Source: a virus (taxonomy: Duplodnaviria > Caudoviricetes). From it: a stretch of 64,000 nt of DNA. Numbering within the stretch: position 1 is the first letter of the stretch; each line of letters begins with the position of its first letter. Shown here piece after piece: positions 30,918 through 40,320 of the stretch. The notes under the pieces were generated by a model. The model saw only the letters and a list, made by a program, of their open reading frames with translations, did not search any database and was not told the origin of the DNA. Where the stretch lies: positions 1-64,000 of the IMG/VR virus record IMGVR_UViG_3300021256_000079. One strand, written 5' to 3'. Position numbers and translations under genes: made by a program.

Positions 30918-31001
30918 AAGATGAGGACTTGAAACAAGTCCTCTTTCTTTTTTTTTTTTTCGCGTGATCAACATGCCTTATAATGAAAGGAGTGATTCGT
31001 A

Positions 31002-31280
31002 ATGAATCAGATTATTGAATTTATTGGTATCTATTTGATCATGGGAATTGCGGCTGACTTAATTTACATTGTGTTTGCGATGGGTTACTTATTTGTGAAG
31101 TTATATCCTAATTACAATAAGCTTGTAGAATTCAACAGGCATATTGAATCGGATAAAAACGAAGACAAAAGCAAAAGTAACGCTATTATGCACTGGCTCA
31201 ATGTACTGTTCATGTGGCCGTACAGAATTACAATGGCTGTATACGATATTTATTCGACAATAAAGAAGATTACTACGTAA
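31002..31280 (+). CDS. Cassette ORF, membrane protein (paralog of 32020-32295)
   Basis: N-terminal TM, KLYPN, LFMWPYRIT. Confidence 0.75.
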   Translation: MNQIIEFIGIYLIMGIAADLIYIVFAMGYLFVKLYPNYNKLVEFNRHIESDKNEDKSKSNAIMHWLNVLFMWPYRITMAVYDIYSTIKKITT

Positions 31281-31372
31281 CGACTTTACAAAAGACGAGG
31301 ACTTGAAACAAGTCCTCTCTTTTTTTTTTTCGCGTGATCAACATGGACTATAATGAAAGGAGGCTTAATGCC

Positions 31373-31711
31373 ATGCTAAAGAAACTTATTGGATTATATT
31401 TACTAGGTTTTGTTGTAGGAATGGGTATTGGAAAATTCATTATTGTCCCTATGATGGAGAGGAATAAGGACAGGAAAGAAAAGAAAATGCGGGAACTAGA
31501 AAAAGAACTGATGAATAAAATGAAGGAGGAAATGATAGCAAAGCGGCAAGCTGAAGAATACAAAAGAATGGAAAATTTACAAACAAAAACAACGGAAGAA
31601 TTATTGGAAGAAATTGACAGATTGTTTACTGAAATGGGAGAAAAGATGGACTACGAAGATGCATGTAGGACATTCGAAGAAAGAATCGAAAACGACGACA
31701 AAGAGGAGTAA
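31373..31711 (+). CDS. Cassette ORF, TM plus coiled coil
   Basis: AAAGGAGG after motif 31331. Confidence 0.7.
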   Translation: MLKKLIGLYLLGFVVGMGIGKFIIVPMMERNKDRKEKKMRELEKELMNKMKEEMIAKRQAEEYKRMENLQTKTTEELLEEIDRLFTEMGEKMDYEDACRTFEERIENDDKEE

Positions 31712-31719
31712 ATACTATT

Positions 31720-31947
31720 ATGCTAAATGCATTTGAACTAACTGCAAAAGAAAAGGAAGAAAGAGATCGCATGCAGCGATACATTTATGAAAGGAACCTG
31801 TATCAACGTGGCTGGGAATGGTGCCACGAACGATCGTTTCAAGACGAACACATTGGAGATATTATTAACGAAATAGATCTAATGCTAATGCTTAAAATAA
31901 ACGGAAAGTATATTTGGGAAAAAGAAAAAACCAGAAAAAGAGGTTAA
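31720..31947 (+). CDS. Hypothetical (second ORF of the cassette)
   Basis: GAGGAG RBS. Confidence 0.6.
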   Translation: MLNAFELTAKEKEERDRMQRYIYERNLYQRGWEWCHERSFQDEHIGDIINEIDLMLMLKINGKYIWEKEKTRKRG

Positions 31948-32019
31948 GTCCGCAAAACGCGGACTCTCTTTTTTTTTTCGCATCATAAACATACCTTATA
32001 ATGAAAGGAGGGATTCACA

Positions 32020-32295
32020 ATGATGAATCTTATTATCGAAATTGTAGGTATGTATCTTATTGTAGGTATTGTGGCTTATGGAATCTATATGGTAGCATGG
32101 ACCATCTACGCTTTGACTAAGCTGTATCCGAACAGGGCAGAAAAAGTACAAGATTTTAAATCTCATGTATATGCAAAAATAGAACAGCCAAAAAGCAAAA
32201 TTGGTCACTTGCTCAATATACTATTTCTATGGCCGTACAGAATTACTATTGGATCGTATAATGTTTATTCAATAATTAAGGAGATGACTGTGTAA
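32020..32295 (+). CDS. Cassette ORF, membrane protein (paralog of 31002-31280)
   Basis: N-terminal TM, KLYPN, LFLWPYRIT. Confidence 0.75.
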   Translation: MMNLIIEIVGMYLIVGIVAYGIYMVAWTIYALTKLYPNRAEKVQDFKSHVYAKIEQPKSKIGHLLNILFLWPYRITIGSYNVYSIIKEMTV

Positions 32296-32407
32296 CGACT
32301 TTACAAAAGACGGGCCACAAACGTGGCCTTTCTTTTTTTTTTCGCATCATGAACATGTTCATAAATGAGATGGAAACATCATCAAAGTATTTAGGAGGTT
32401 ATGAATT

Positions 32408-32824
32408 ATGACAACTAAGGAACAGTATCGAGTGATATTTGACTATAAGGGAAATGGTACCCTATATGACTCTAAGGAGCTATTTCGTAACGGATTGGAA
32501 AATACATTTGTACAATCGTATAATCAGTTTGTGAATGCTGTTAATCCGCATTTTGAACTGTGGAACAGAGAGGCTGAGGCATTTGGTTTTGACGAATCTG
32601 ATGACCCAAACTCTATGTATATGCAATTCATGCAGAGAAAGCAAAGCGAGGTGTTAAAAGACGAAATGACAAAAGATATTTTTGTAGAAATAAAGAAATG
32701 GCAGCCGCAGGGGGCTACATATGAATGGTACATAGACGAATATGGACAGTTTCATATGATGCTGGCCGGTGACATGATGGGACTCGGATACATTGATATT
32801 TGCGTACACATCGAAAAAATCTAA
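32408..32824 (+). CDS. Cassette ORF, hypothetical
   Basis: AGGAGG RBS after motif 32343. Confidence 0.7.
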   Translation: MTTKEQYRVIFDYKGNGTLYDSKELFRNGLENTFVQSYNQFVNAVNPHFELWNREAEAFGFDESDDPNSMYMQFMQRKQSEVLKDEMTKDIFVEIKKWQPQGATYEWYIDEYGQFHMMLAGDMMGLGYIDICVHIEKI

Positions 32825-32932
32825 ATTGAGGGGCTTAAAGCAAGCCCTTCTTTTTTCGCGTAAAAAACATACTTTATGTGAAAGGGAGCTTGAACAAGGC
32901 TCCTTATATTTTTATCGAAAGGGGTTTTAACA

Positions 32933-34512
32933 ATGTTTAAAAAGTACAAACTGGAAGGCTGGATTGACTATCCTGGAGTCGGCAAGATTACGGACGAAGA
33001 TGTTTATCGGACAGTAAAGAAGCATTCAAGACTTGTAGATAGACTCAATCCTCGCAAAATGCTGGAGATGTCTTTTTATGCGCAAGCCATTCTTATGAAA
33101 GCTGCTGAACCAGACGATGTGAACAATCCGAACTGGAAGTTTTATGGAAAGAAGCATAAAAGGAGGTGAAATTAATGTCGCGTGTTGATATTAACTATTT
33201 GTTGGATCAGGTAAAGTATAGATTTAAGCTTGCTTATCATGACGCTTATGAAAAAGGCAAGAAAGCGGCTGAGTACGTACGTGACAATCCAAGAGAAGCA
33301 GCGATGATTATTGCCGCTGGCAGTACGTTTCTTGGAATCGCACATAAGATTTCAAAAGATATTTCCAGAAAGAATCTTTTAAGAAAGGAAAGAGAACTGA
33401 AGGAACTGTACGTGTACGACTATAGCAGTCATATGTATATTCGACTGAAGCATAAGCTTAGTGTTGAAGATCTCGAAAATGTTGAAAGACTTCGTAGAAA
33501 GGGTTATAGCAAAACGGAAGCACTTCTTAAACTTAATCTTGTAAAGAAATGAAAGGAGTTCTAACTCATGACTAATTGGGACAAAATAAGCAAAGCTCTC
33601 AGCGGATTGCTTAAGGATATTACGCCAGATGTATTTGCGGAATCTCTCGCAAGCGATTGCGCGACTTGCACGTATTGTGCGTTAAATGAAAGATGTAATT
33701 CAGTATTCTATGTTTATGATGAAAATGGTGAATGCGTAGTAGATAATGATGGTGACCCAATTGTAAATGACGATTTCCCAGGATGTGAAAAGATCATTCT
33801 GGGATATTTAAATGAAGAAACAGGTGAAGATGATGCACGCTAATCTGCATCTTATAACAGAAATGGAACTTATACCTGTAATGATCGATGCTATCATGGA
33901 ACCTTTTTATGAAGGTAACTTTTTAATGTATGACAAAGAAAAAGACGAGTATAAGTATCCGGATGTCATGCCACAATTCAGATGGGACTACTATACTGTT
34001 CATCCGAAGATATTCTATCCTAAAATTGAAGACTGTTTCATCATTATTGATCCAGAAGGAAGAGCAATTGCCAGAAGATGGTGGAACGGTAAAAAATGGA
34101 TCGACCAAAACAAGCATTTTGAAAGATTCATAAAGAAAAATAAGCGTAAATGGAAAGGATGCTACATGCTAGAAATAGATGTGCATTGGTGATTAATACG
34201 ATGAAAGCTAAAGAATATTTCGAAAAGTATGCTGAATCAGTTTGGGAAGACTATCAGCAGGACGAATTTCGTGGCGACGGTCCAATCGCCAAAATGTTTA
34301 TTGAATTTATGACGGAAACCAAAGATATTTGCGAAAAAAGAAAAGCCAAAACTGATCGAGCGGTACTAAGTGTCGTTGATGAACAGAATAAGAAGTGGAA
34401 CGCTTTGGCAAATCTGTTCATTAAGAAATACGGTCAATCTCCTATTAAGCGTGACGGATATTTAAATGGAGCTGAAAGCGAACTTGGAGTCTCGCTGAAG
34501 AAAAGAACATAA
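32933..34512 (+). other. Operon of five small hypothetical ORFs (32933-33169, 33166-33552, 33568-33843, 33830-34192, 34201-34512)
   Basis: Coupled ORFs after motif 32857. Confidence 0.6.
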
Positions 34513-34591
34513 CGCGTAAGAAACATGGTGTTTAATGGGAGGACTAAGGAAACTTGGTCCTCTTATATTTTTCTCGAAAGGAGTCATACCA

Positions 34592-35407
34592 ATGAGTCTC
34601 AAGGTCAAGGGAAAAACGTTGCTTATTCTGGTGACAGGTGCTGGTATTGTAGTCACAGCTTATCTTGCCGCTAAGAAAGCACCGGAAGCTCAAAAGAGAA
34701 AGGAGGAAGCACTTAAAGCAAAAAGAGAAGCCACTGGAGATGAGAACGCTCAGCTTACAACTACCGAGTCTATAAAGGCACAAATTGGTAGTTATGCGCC
34801 AGCAATTATTAGTGGTGTCGTAGCTTTTAGCAGTTTTATTGGAACCGAAATTATTGACGAGCATGATATTCATAAGATTAAGCAGTCGGTAACGAACGAT
34901 TTCAATAAACTTAAGAATTCACTAGATGACTACAAAACAATGACCGATAAGTTGAACGGCAATGGCTCTTCCAAGATAATTGAAAGAGCTATTGAACAAG
35001 ACAATAAGACGTTTACAACAAGACAGTGGTACCGAATTGTATTTGAGGGTGAAAAACTTGAATTCCAGTCTACGCCAGAAGAGGTGATTAAAGCTTTTTA
35101 TGAGGCGAATCGACAGTTTCAGGGTACAGGAATTCTGACATTTAATGAGTTTATTGATTTTCTCGATCAGCAGCTATTGACAGATGAAGCTCAGCAAAAG
35201 GGTGAAGAACTCTGTTGGGAGGCTTTTGTATGTGACAACATCTTTGGCTACACGTGGCTAGACTTTGATATTCAGCCTTGTGAAGATAGACCCGACATGA
35301 AAGAGATCATCTTTCCTGTGATGCCTCGTTATATTGATGAGGAAGATCGATACCATAAGATTAACGAAGCCTGTGCTAAAAAGATTACGGATGGTGATAT
35401 TGAATGA
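34592..35407 (+). CDS. DUF6353-like membrane-anchored protein (paralog 1)
   Basis: GAGIVVTAYLAAK TM, YAPAII second hydrophobic block, ILTFNEF...WLDF C-terminus. Confidence 0.65.
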   Translation: MSLKVKGKTLLILVTGAGIVVTAYLAAKKAPEAQKRKEEALKAKREATGDENAQLTTTESIKAQIGSYAPAIISGVVAFSSFIGTEIIDEHDIHKIKQSVTNDFNKLKNSLDDYKTMTDKLNGNGSSKIIERAIEQDNKTFTTRQWYRIVFEGEKLEFQSTPEEVIKAFYEANRQFQGTGILTFNEFIDFLDQQLLTDEAQQKGEELCWEAFVCDNIFGYTWLDFDIQPCEDRPDMKEIIFPVMPRYIDEEDRYHKINEACAKKITDGDIE

Positions 35408-36046
35408 CGCCTAAAACGTATGTACTCGAGGTTTCGGACGAAATCAATAGTGTTCCAAGTAGGATTAAGAGTATACAAAAACTGTTCAACGATGAGAATA
35501 CGATCGTTACTCTTAACCTTATAAGAGAGGTGTTCGGATTGAGGCCGCTTAGATCAGAGTATGAAATGTGCTTTGGTCCGAACACAGAAGAACCGCTGGA
35601 TATTAGTGTATCTTACAGCTTTAATACTAGGATGCATGCTGAAAACAATTGTTATACAATCAAGATTTCGAACGTCATCGATTTAAGATATTTTTATGAA
35701 TGTTGTGAGGAGAGCGATTACTATGGAGACGATTAAAATTAGTGATACAGATCTTAGGGAATATGCCAACGAAATTATGTCGAGCGATGAGTATCTCGCT
35801 CAGAGAGAAAAATACCATATGCACAACCCAAAGCACTATGTAAATGAATCGACGCATAGAGCAATCATGATGAGTTCTATTGATATTGCGAAAAAAACTA
35901 TCGGCAGTAACGGTACTATTGAAGAGATCAAAAGAGCATGTGTCTATATGAGAATCTGTATTGACGCAAGACAGTATCGACTGAACTATACGGCGGCAAA
36001 GAAAGAACTCAAAATTGATGAGCTTGTTCAGAAGTATTGTAAATAA
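35404..36046 (+). other. Two hypothetical ORFs (35404-35736, 35723-36046)
   Basis: Overlapping coupled ORFs. Confidence 0.55.
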
Positions 36047-36128
36047 TACTCGCGTAAGAAACACACGTATAGATGAGAGGACTAAGGAAACTTAGTCCTC
36101 TTTATTTTTATCGAAAGGATGAAAAACT

Positions 36129-36662
36129 ATGAAAAAAGCTATTGTTCGCGGAAACTACGATGAAGCCCCTATGCTCCAGATGGGTTATGTTACTGATTAC
36201 ATGTGGAAATCGGTAGCATACTTTAGAGCGCCAGAAAAAAGTGGAAGATATTTGGTTATTAAAAAAGACGGAACACTCGACGAATATGAGTGCACCGGAA
36301 CAAAATGCGATGACAAATCGCTGTTTGAAATGGCCGCTGAAATGAGTGATGAATATTGCTCAGCCGTTTTTGTCAATGAACACCCCGCAAGCGATACAGA
36401 AATTCTTGACACTTACAGAAGTCCATGGTCTAGATGGTATAAAGTCGAGGAGTGGTACGAATACGAAGACTGCCACACTGATCTGCATATGTTTACAGAA
36501 GAATCTGATCAGTATCCATTATATTTTCTTGACCTTAATCTTGATGAAAAATTCCAAATCGAAGAAAACGGTGAAATTCACACAGGTGAGGATCCCGTTT
36601 ACTTTAGACTTAATACGAATCTTGAATACGAGCAAATCGACGACGAAGATAAAAACGAGTGA
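36129..36662 (+). CDS. Acidic hypothetical protein
   Basis: AAAGGA RBS after motif 36051; directly upstream of the pentamer array. Confidence 0.65.
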   Translation: MKKAIVRGNYDEAPMLQMGYVTDYMWKSVAYFRAPEKSGRYLVIKKDGTLDEYECTGTKCDDKSLFEMAAEMSDEYCSAVFVNEHPASDTEILDTYRSPWSRWYKVEEWYEYEDCHTDLHMFTEESDQYPLYFLDLNLDEKFQIEENGEIHTGEDPVYFRLNTNLEYEQIDDEDKNE

Positions 36663-36665
36663 ATA

Positions 36666-37325
36666 AAATGTTATGGCAAAGTGTAGATCTGAGGGGCGTA
36701 GGAAGAGAAAAGCAACGTGATGGCATGGAACGGCAGGGAAAAGAATTGCAAAGCGAGGGAATAGCGCTGCACTGAATCGCGTGGGAACAGAGTAGTTACG
36801 AGTAGCAAAGGATTAGCGATGCGACGATTACCAAAGAGATGCATTGGCATAGAACGGCACGGAAACGAATGGCAAAGGACTTGCATAGAAGAGCAAAGGA
36901 GAGGCGTGGCGACAAAATGGAGACGAAATGCAACGGAACAGGACCGCTAAGAAATGAGGAGCGTTGGAAATGAACGGTATGGAGCAGAAAAGAACTGCAT
37001 AGGAATAGAACAGCTACGAATTGAGGAGTGTTGGCATAGCTCAGAGATGCAATGGAAATGAACTGCCAAGAAACGGTACGCAGTGGTAGAGCTTAGATAC
37101 GAGAAGCATTGGCAAAGAACGGATGCTCATCGAGATGCAAAGGAAAAGAATGGCCTTGAATTGAACTGCCAAGAACACAAAAGCAATGGAATTGCAATGA
37201 AACGTCCTGAAAGGGAGAAGAAAAGCAAGGATAGCCGCGAACTGTACGCATTGGCAAAGAATGGAGGCTCATCGAGATGCTAAGGAAAAGCCTTGCATTG
37301 AACTGCCAAGAACAGAAAGGCGACG
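36666..37325 (+). repeat. Non-coding NNNNG pentamer-periodic array; candidate guide RNA locus
   Basis: Parses as ~105 pentamers ending in G plus ~22 G-initiated hexamers; purine-rich; no credible ORF. Confidence 0.85.
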
Positions 37326-37352
37326 GCGATTGCTTGAAAGGAGGTGATCAAA

Positions 37353-37628
37353 ATGATAATTGAAAGCTTTCCTGGCGATGCCAAACCGTACAAGTGTAAT
37401 GACTGTGACACAATCTTTTTATGGAGGGAGGATATTGCAGATCATCCAAAAGGAAGATGTAACAGGTTTAGTACTAAGTACGAATGCTATACAAACGACG
37501 AAACATGCTTATTTTACAGCAAATGTAGTGGACCGATATGCCCAGTATGTAAATCCAAATACGTTGTAAACGTAAACTCTTTTTACTACAGAATAACAAG
37601 ATATTTCAGAAATCGAAAGGAGAAATAA
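37353..37628 (+). CDS. Zinc-ribbon protein between array and RAMP gene
   Basis: AAAGGAGG RBS; CNDC, CPVC; C-terminus similar to 41243-41506. Confidence 0.65.
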   Translation: MIIESFPGDAKPYKCNDCDTIFLWREDIADHPKGRCNRFSTKYECYTNDETCLFYSKCSGPICPVCKSKYVVNVNSFYYRITRYFRNRKEK

Positions 37629-37630
37629 TT

Positions 37631-38242
37631 ATGATCACTTTGACTGTTAAGGTTACTTTTACTGAGGAAGTCCTTGGAACTGCTTCTGCTAACAAAGATA
37701 TTCATGCTGAATACATCGCTAGCAAGGCTCCTGATGCTGCTTCCATTAAGGAAGAAGTGGAAGCCGTTGGCGCTGAAGAAGTGTTTGAAAAGTCTATGAC
37801 CGTTTTTCCGCGAGGAAAAGATGGCGGACCGATTGCCTGGGATTACCAGTGGAAGGGTTTTCTTAAGGACGCCTTTAAGTCCCTTAAGAAGATTCCTGGA
37901 TCTGAATGCGGTAAGATTAAGGCCTATAAACAGGAGATTGATGGCCTTATATTCGTGAACCCGCGTCAGATCCCGATCGTTCTCCCTGAAGGCGGAAAGA
38001 TTGGTATCTGCCAGAGACCTCTCAGAGCCAGCACTGCTCAGGGTGAAAGGATTGCTTTGGCCTCTTCTGAAACAGTTCCTGTCGGATCTACTATGACGTT
38101 TGATATTCAGCTGCTTCTTGACACACACGAAAAAGCTGTAATCGAGGCTTTCAATTACGGAAAGCTTCGTGGTTTTGGTCAGTGGCGAAACTCCGGTGCC
38201 GGACGTTTCAACTATGAAATCCTTAACAGAAAGGTGGATTAA
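37631..38242 (+). CDS. Stand-alone Cas7-like RAMP-fold protein
   Basis: LTVKVTFTEEVLG beta1, PIAWDYQWKGFLKDA helix, ETVPVGSTMTFDI strand, C-terminal G-rich loop GKLRGFGQWRNSGAGRF. Confidence 0.75.
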   Translation: MITLTVKVTFTEEVLGTASANKDIHAEYIASKAPDAASIKEEVEAVGAEEVFEKSMTVFPRGKDGGPIAWDYQWKGFLKDAFKSLKKIPGSECGKIKAYKQEIDGLIFVNPRQIPIVLPEGGKIGICQRPLRASTAQGERIALASSETVPVGSTMTFDIQLLLDTHEKAVIEAFNYGKLRGFGQWRNSGAGRFNYEILNRKVD

Positions 38243-38244
38243 TC

Positions 38245-39039
38245 ATGAATACGATGCTTGCTTTTATGATGGGTGATCGTTTTCGTGGTAATGAATTGAT
38301 GGTTTTTGACTGGAATAAGGCTGCAAAACTTATTAAAGAAAACTATCTGGACGAAGTGGTATTTGCCGGTCTTTCTGGAGATATGGAATATACCTCTGGC
38401 TGTATATTCAGAGATGGTCATCCTGTTCTTGACGATTACACATACCTTTCATCAACTTGGGCAACTCCGGTTCTTGCAGTTGGAGACGAAGAAATTCCAT
38501 GCTATATCATGCAACATGAAACCGAGTGGGATGATAGCACTAAATGGCCACAATCCGCTCTTGATATTCTTGGCGTAAAGAAAACCGAACCCGATCCAAG
38601 AATTTACAACGATAATTCACAAGGTCGTGCAATTCTTGAAGACGATGCTTATAATGGGTATCATTATAGAATTGTATCTACTCGCGGCGATCATCCTTGC
38701 TGCTACATCGAAATTACAGAAGGACATCCTTGGTATCGTAAACCTTATCAGCGTCTTGAGTGGGATTGGGAATGGGACGATGAAGGAAAAGAGATAGAGA
38801 AACCTCCAATTGGAGGCAAAACTATCAACGTTCATGGCGGAATTACTTACAGCGATAACATGGACGTTGAAGGAGAATGGTGGATCGGATGGGATTACGC
38901 TCATGGCGGAGATTATTGTCATCATTATATGAAACATTCGCCTGACGATCATGTATGGACAATGGATGAACTTCGAAAAGAAGTGCATGATGCAATTGAC
39001 CAGCTTAATGATATTTTCAAGGAGGACGACGAAAGGTGA
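38245..39039 (+). CDS. Two-domain hypothetical protein
   Basis: VFDWNKAA...AGLSGD...YLSSTWATP domain fused to an HGGITY...WIGWDYAHGGD domain. Confidence 0.7.
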   Translation: MNTMLAFMMGDRFRGNELMVFDWNKAAKLIKENYLDEVVFAGLSGDMEYTSGCIFRDGHPVLDDYTYLSSTWATPVLAVGDEEIPCYIMQHETEWDDSTKWPQSALDILGVKKTEPDPRIYNDNSQGRAILEDDAYNGYHYRIVSTRGDHPCCYIEITEGHPWYRKPYQRLEWDWEWDDEGKEIEKPPIGGKTINVHGGITYSDNMDVEGEWWIGWDYAHGGDYCHHYMKHSPDDHVWTMDELRKEVHDAIDQLNDIFKEDDER

Positions 39040-39305
39040 AGAAAAAACTCTTGGCTGGAATTGTATGCCTTGTGATGCTGTTAGTTCTTTTGACTGGTTG
39101 CAGCTCGAACACTAAGAGTACGGACGCTAGTAAGGAATGGAAGAAAATAGGTTACATTCTGTTTCCGGACGAAACGGTTGTAATCGAATTCGGAAAGATA
39201 AGTAGAATCAGTTCTGGTTGGATTAATGTATGGACTGCTGATGGAAAAACGTGTTACTCAACAAATGAAAGAAACGTTATTCTTGTAAACGAACAAATCG
39301 ACTAA
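39036..39305 (+). CDS. Lipoprotein
   Basis: LLTGC lipobox; followed by terminator GAGGCTGTCTC..GAGGCAGCCTT. Confidence 0.75.
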   Translation: MKKKLLAGIVCLVMLLVLLTGCSSNTKSTDASKEWKKIGYILFPDETVVIEFGKISRISSGWINVWTADGKTCYSTNERNVILVNEQID

Positions 39306-39365
39306 TTCAAAAGAGGCTGTCTCAATCGAGGCAGCCTTTTTATTTTTTCTGGAAGGAGAAATTAA

Positions 39366-39611
39366 ATGTGGAGGAGTGGGAACATTGGCCTAAATGGAAT
39401 TTGGTACGTCTTTGAAATTCTTGTCAGCGAGCATCCAAGTAAGCTTGGGATATTTGGAGGAAAGATAGAAGAACTCCATCTATACGACGGAAACGACAAT
39501 CTTGTAGCTGAGTTTAATAAGAAGTGGATCGTATCGCCTAAAAAAGGATCCGATTCCTATAAAGCTGTTAACAAGATATTAAAAGAATTTAATTTCGGAA
39601 AGGAAAAATGA
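39366..39611 (+). CDS. Small phage protein (paralog of 43723-44001)
   Basis: PSKLGIFGGKIEEL vs ESAFGIKGSRIFGL. Confidence 0.65.
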   Translation: MWRSGNIGLNGIWYVFEILVSEHPSKLGIFGGKIEELHLYDGNDNLVAEFNKKWIVSPKKGSDSYKAVNKILKEFNFGKEK

Positions 39612-39775
39612 CTATGAAGTACCAAATCAGAATTGATAATGGCCACTATAATCTGTATGTGAACGGACAATTTTATGGTAGTTACGACACATATTCCGAG
39701 GCCGAGAAAGACCTCGATGAACTTCGCACATAAAACATTCTTAATAATGAGGAAAGACCTTGAAAGGAGTACTGA

Positions 39776-40225
39776 ATGATTAAGGAATTATTTAGAAACG
39801 AAACAGGTGAAACAAAAGTAAAGGTTAAGAAAATTAGAATTACGGCGAAGGAGATTAAAACTCACATCAACTGGCTTGATGAACAAATTCAAAAATGCCA
39901 AAAAGAAAGAGAAAGATACAGAGAATTACGGAAGCAAATGCTTGAACTGGATCCGGATGATGAATCGTACTCAGCTCTAGAAAGAGAAGCGGAAGCATAC
40001 GCAGATGCCGATGAACGGTATTCGAAGCTTCAAGAGCAAAGAGAAAAGGAGTTTACGATTCTTAAGAAATACAAAGATTCCAAGTTCTATGTAGCTCCGA
40101 AAGATTTAATGGTTATCTTCGGAGTTGGCTGCTTGAGTTTCTTCATGATTGCACTTGAGAGAGAAAATCCTAAGGCGTTGAAGTTGGCGAGCTTTGTGCT
40201 GAAGCTGTTTCCGATTAAAATGTGA
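39776..40225 (+). CDS. Coiled-coil protein with C-terminal hydrophobic segment
   Basis: AAAGGAG RBS after motif 39725; flanked by a 14-bp inverted repeat. Confidence 0.7.
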   Translation: MIKELFRNETGETKVKVKKIRITAKEIKTHINWLDEQIQKCQKERERYRELRKQMLELDPDDESYSALEREAEAYADADERYSKLQEQREKEFTILKKYKDSKFYVAPKDLMVIFGVGCLSFFMIALERENPKALKLASFVLKLFPIKM

Positions 40226-40320
40226 AGAAGATATTCATTTTGGAATAAGAAAAAGGTCTTTCCTCAGAATCAAGAGAGAACAAAAAGTTCTCTCTTTATT
40301 TTTTCTAGGAGGTATGCATC

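Larger units (their letters stand above)
29048..32856 (+). repeat. Array of nine promoter-RBS-ORF-terminator cassettes with reused junction sequences
   Basis: Each unit starts with the 25-bp motif and ends in a hairpin plus T tract abutting the next motif; GACGGGCCACAAACGTGGCC x3, GAGGACTTGAAACAAGTCCTCT x2, CCGCAAAACGCGG x2. Confidence 0.85.

Noticed and set aside
27998-32856. True integron (IntI plus attC cassettes)
   Set aside because: Junctions look like terminator plus promoter, not RYYYAAC...GTTRRRY attC sites, and the integrase is already explained by the tRNA-Cys attP. An IntI HMM hit would reopen this.
36671-37283. ORF-track calls 36671-36886 (-) and 37083-37283 (+)
   Set aside because: No RBS, biased composition and 5-nt rather than 3-nt periodicity; likely by-products of the array.
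36666-37325. Canonical CRISPR array next to the Cas7-like gene
   Set aside because: No constant 25-45-bp repeat separated by unique spacers; conservation is one base in five.
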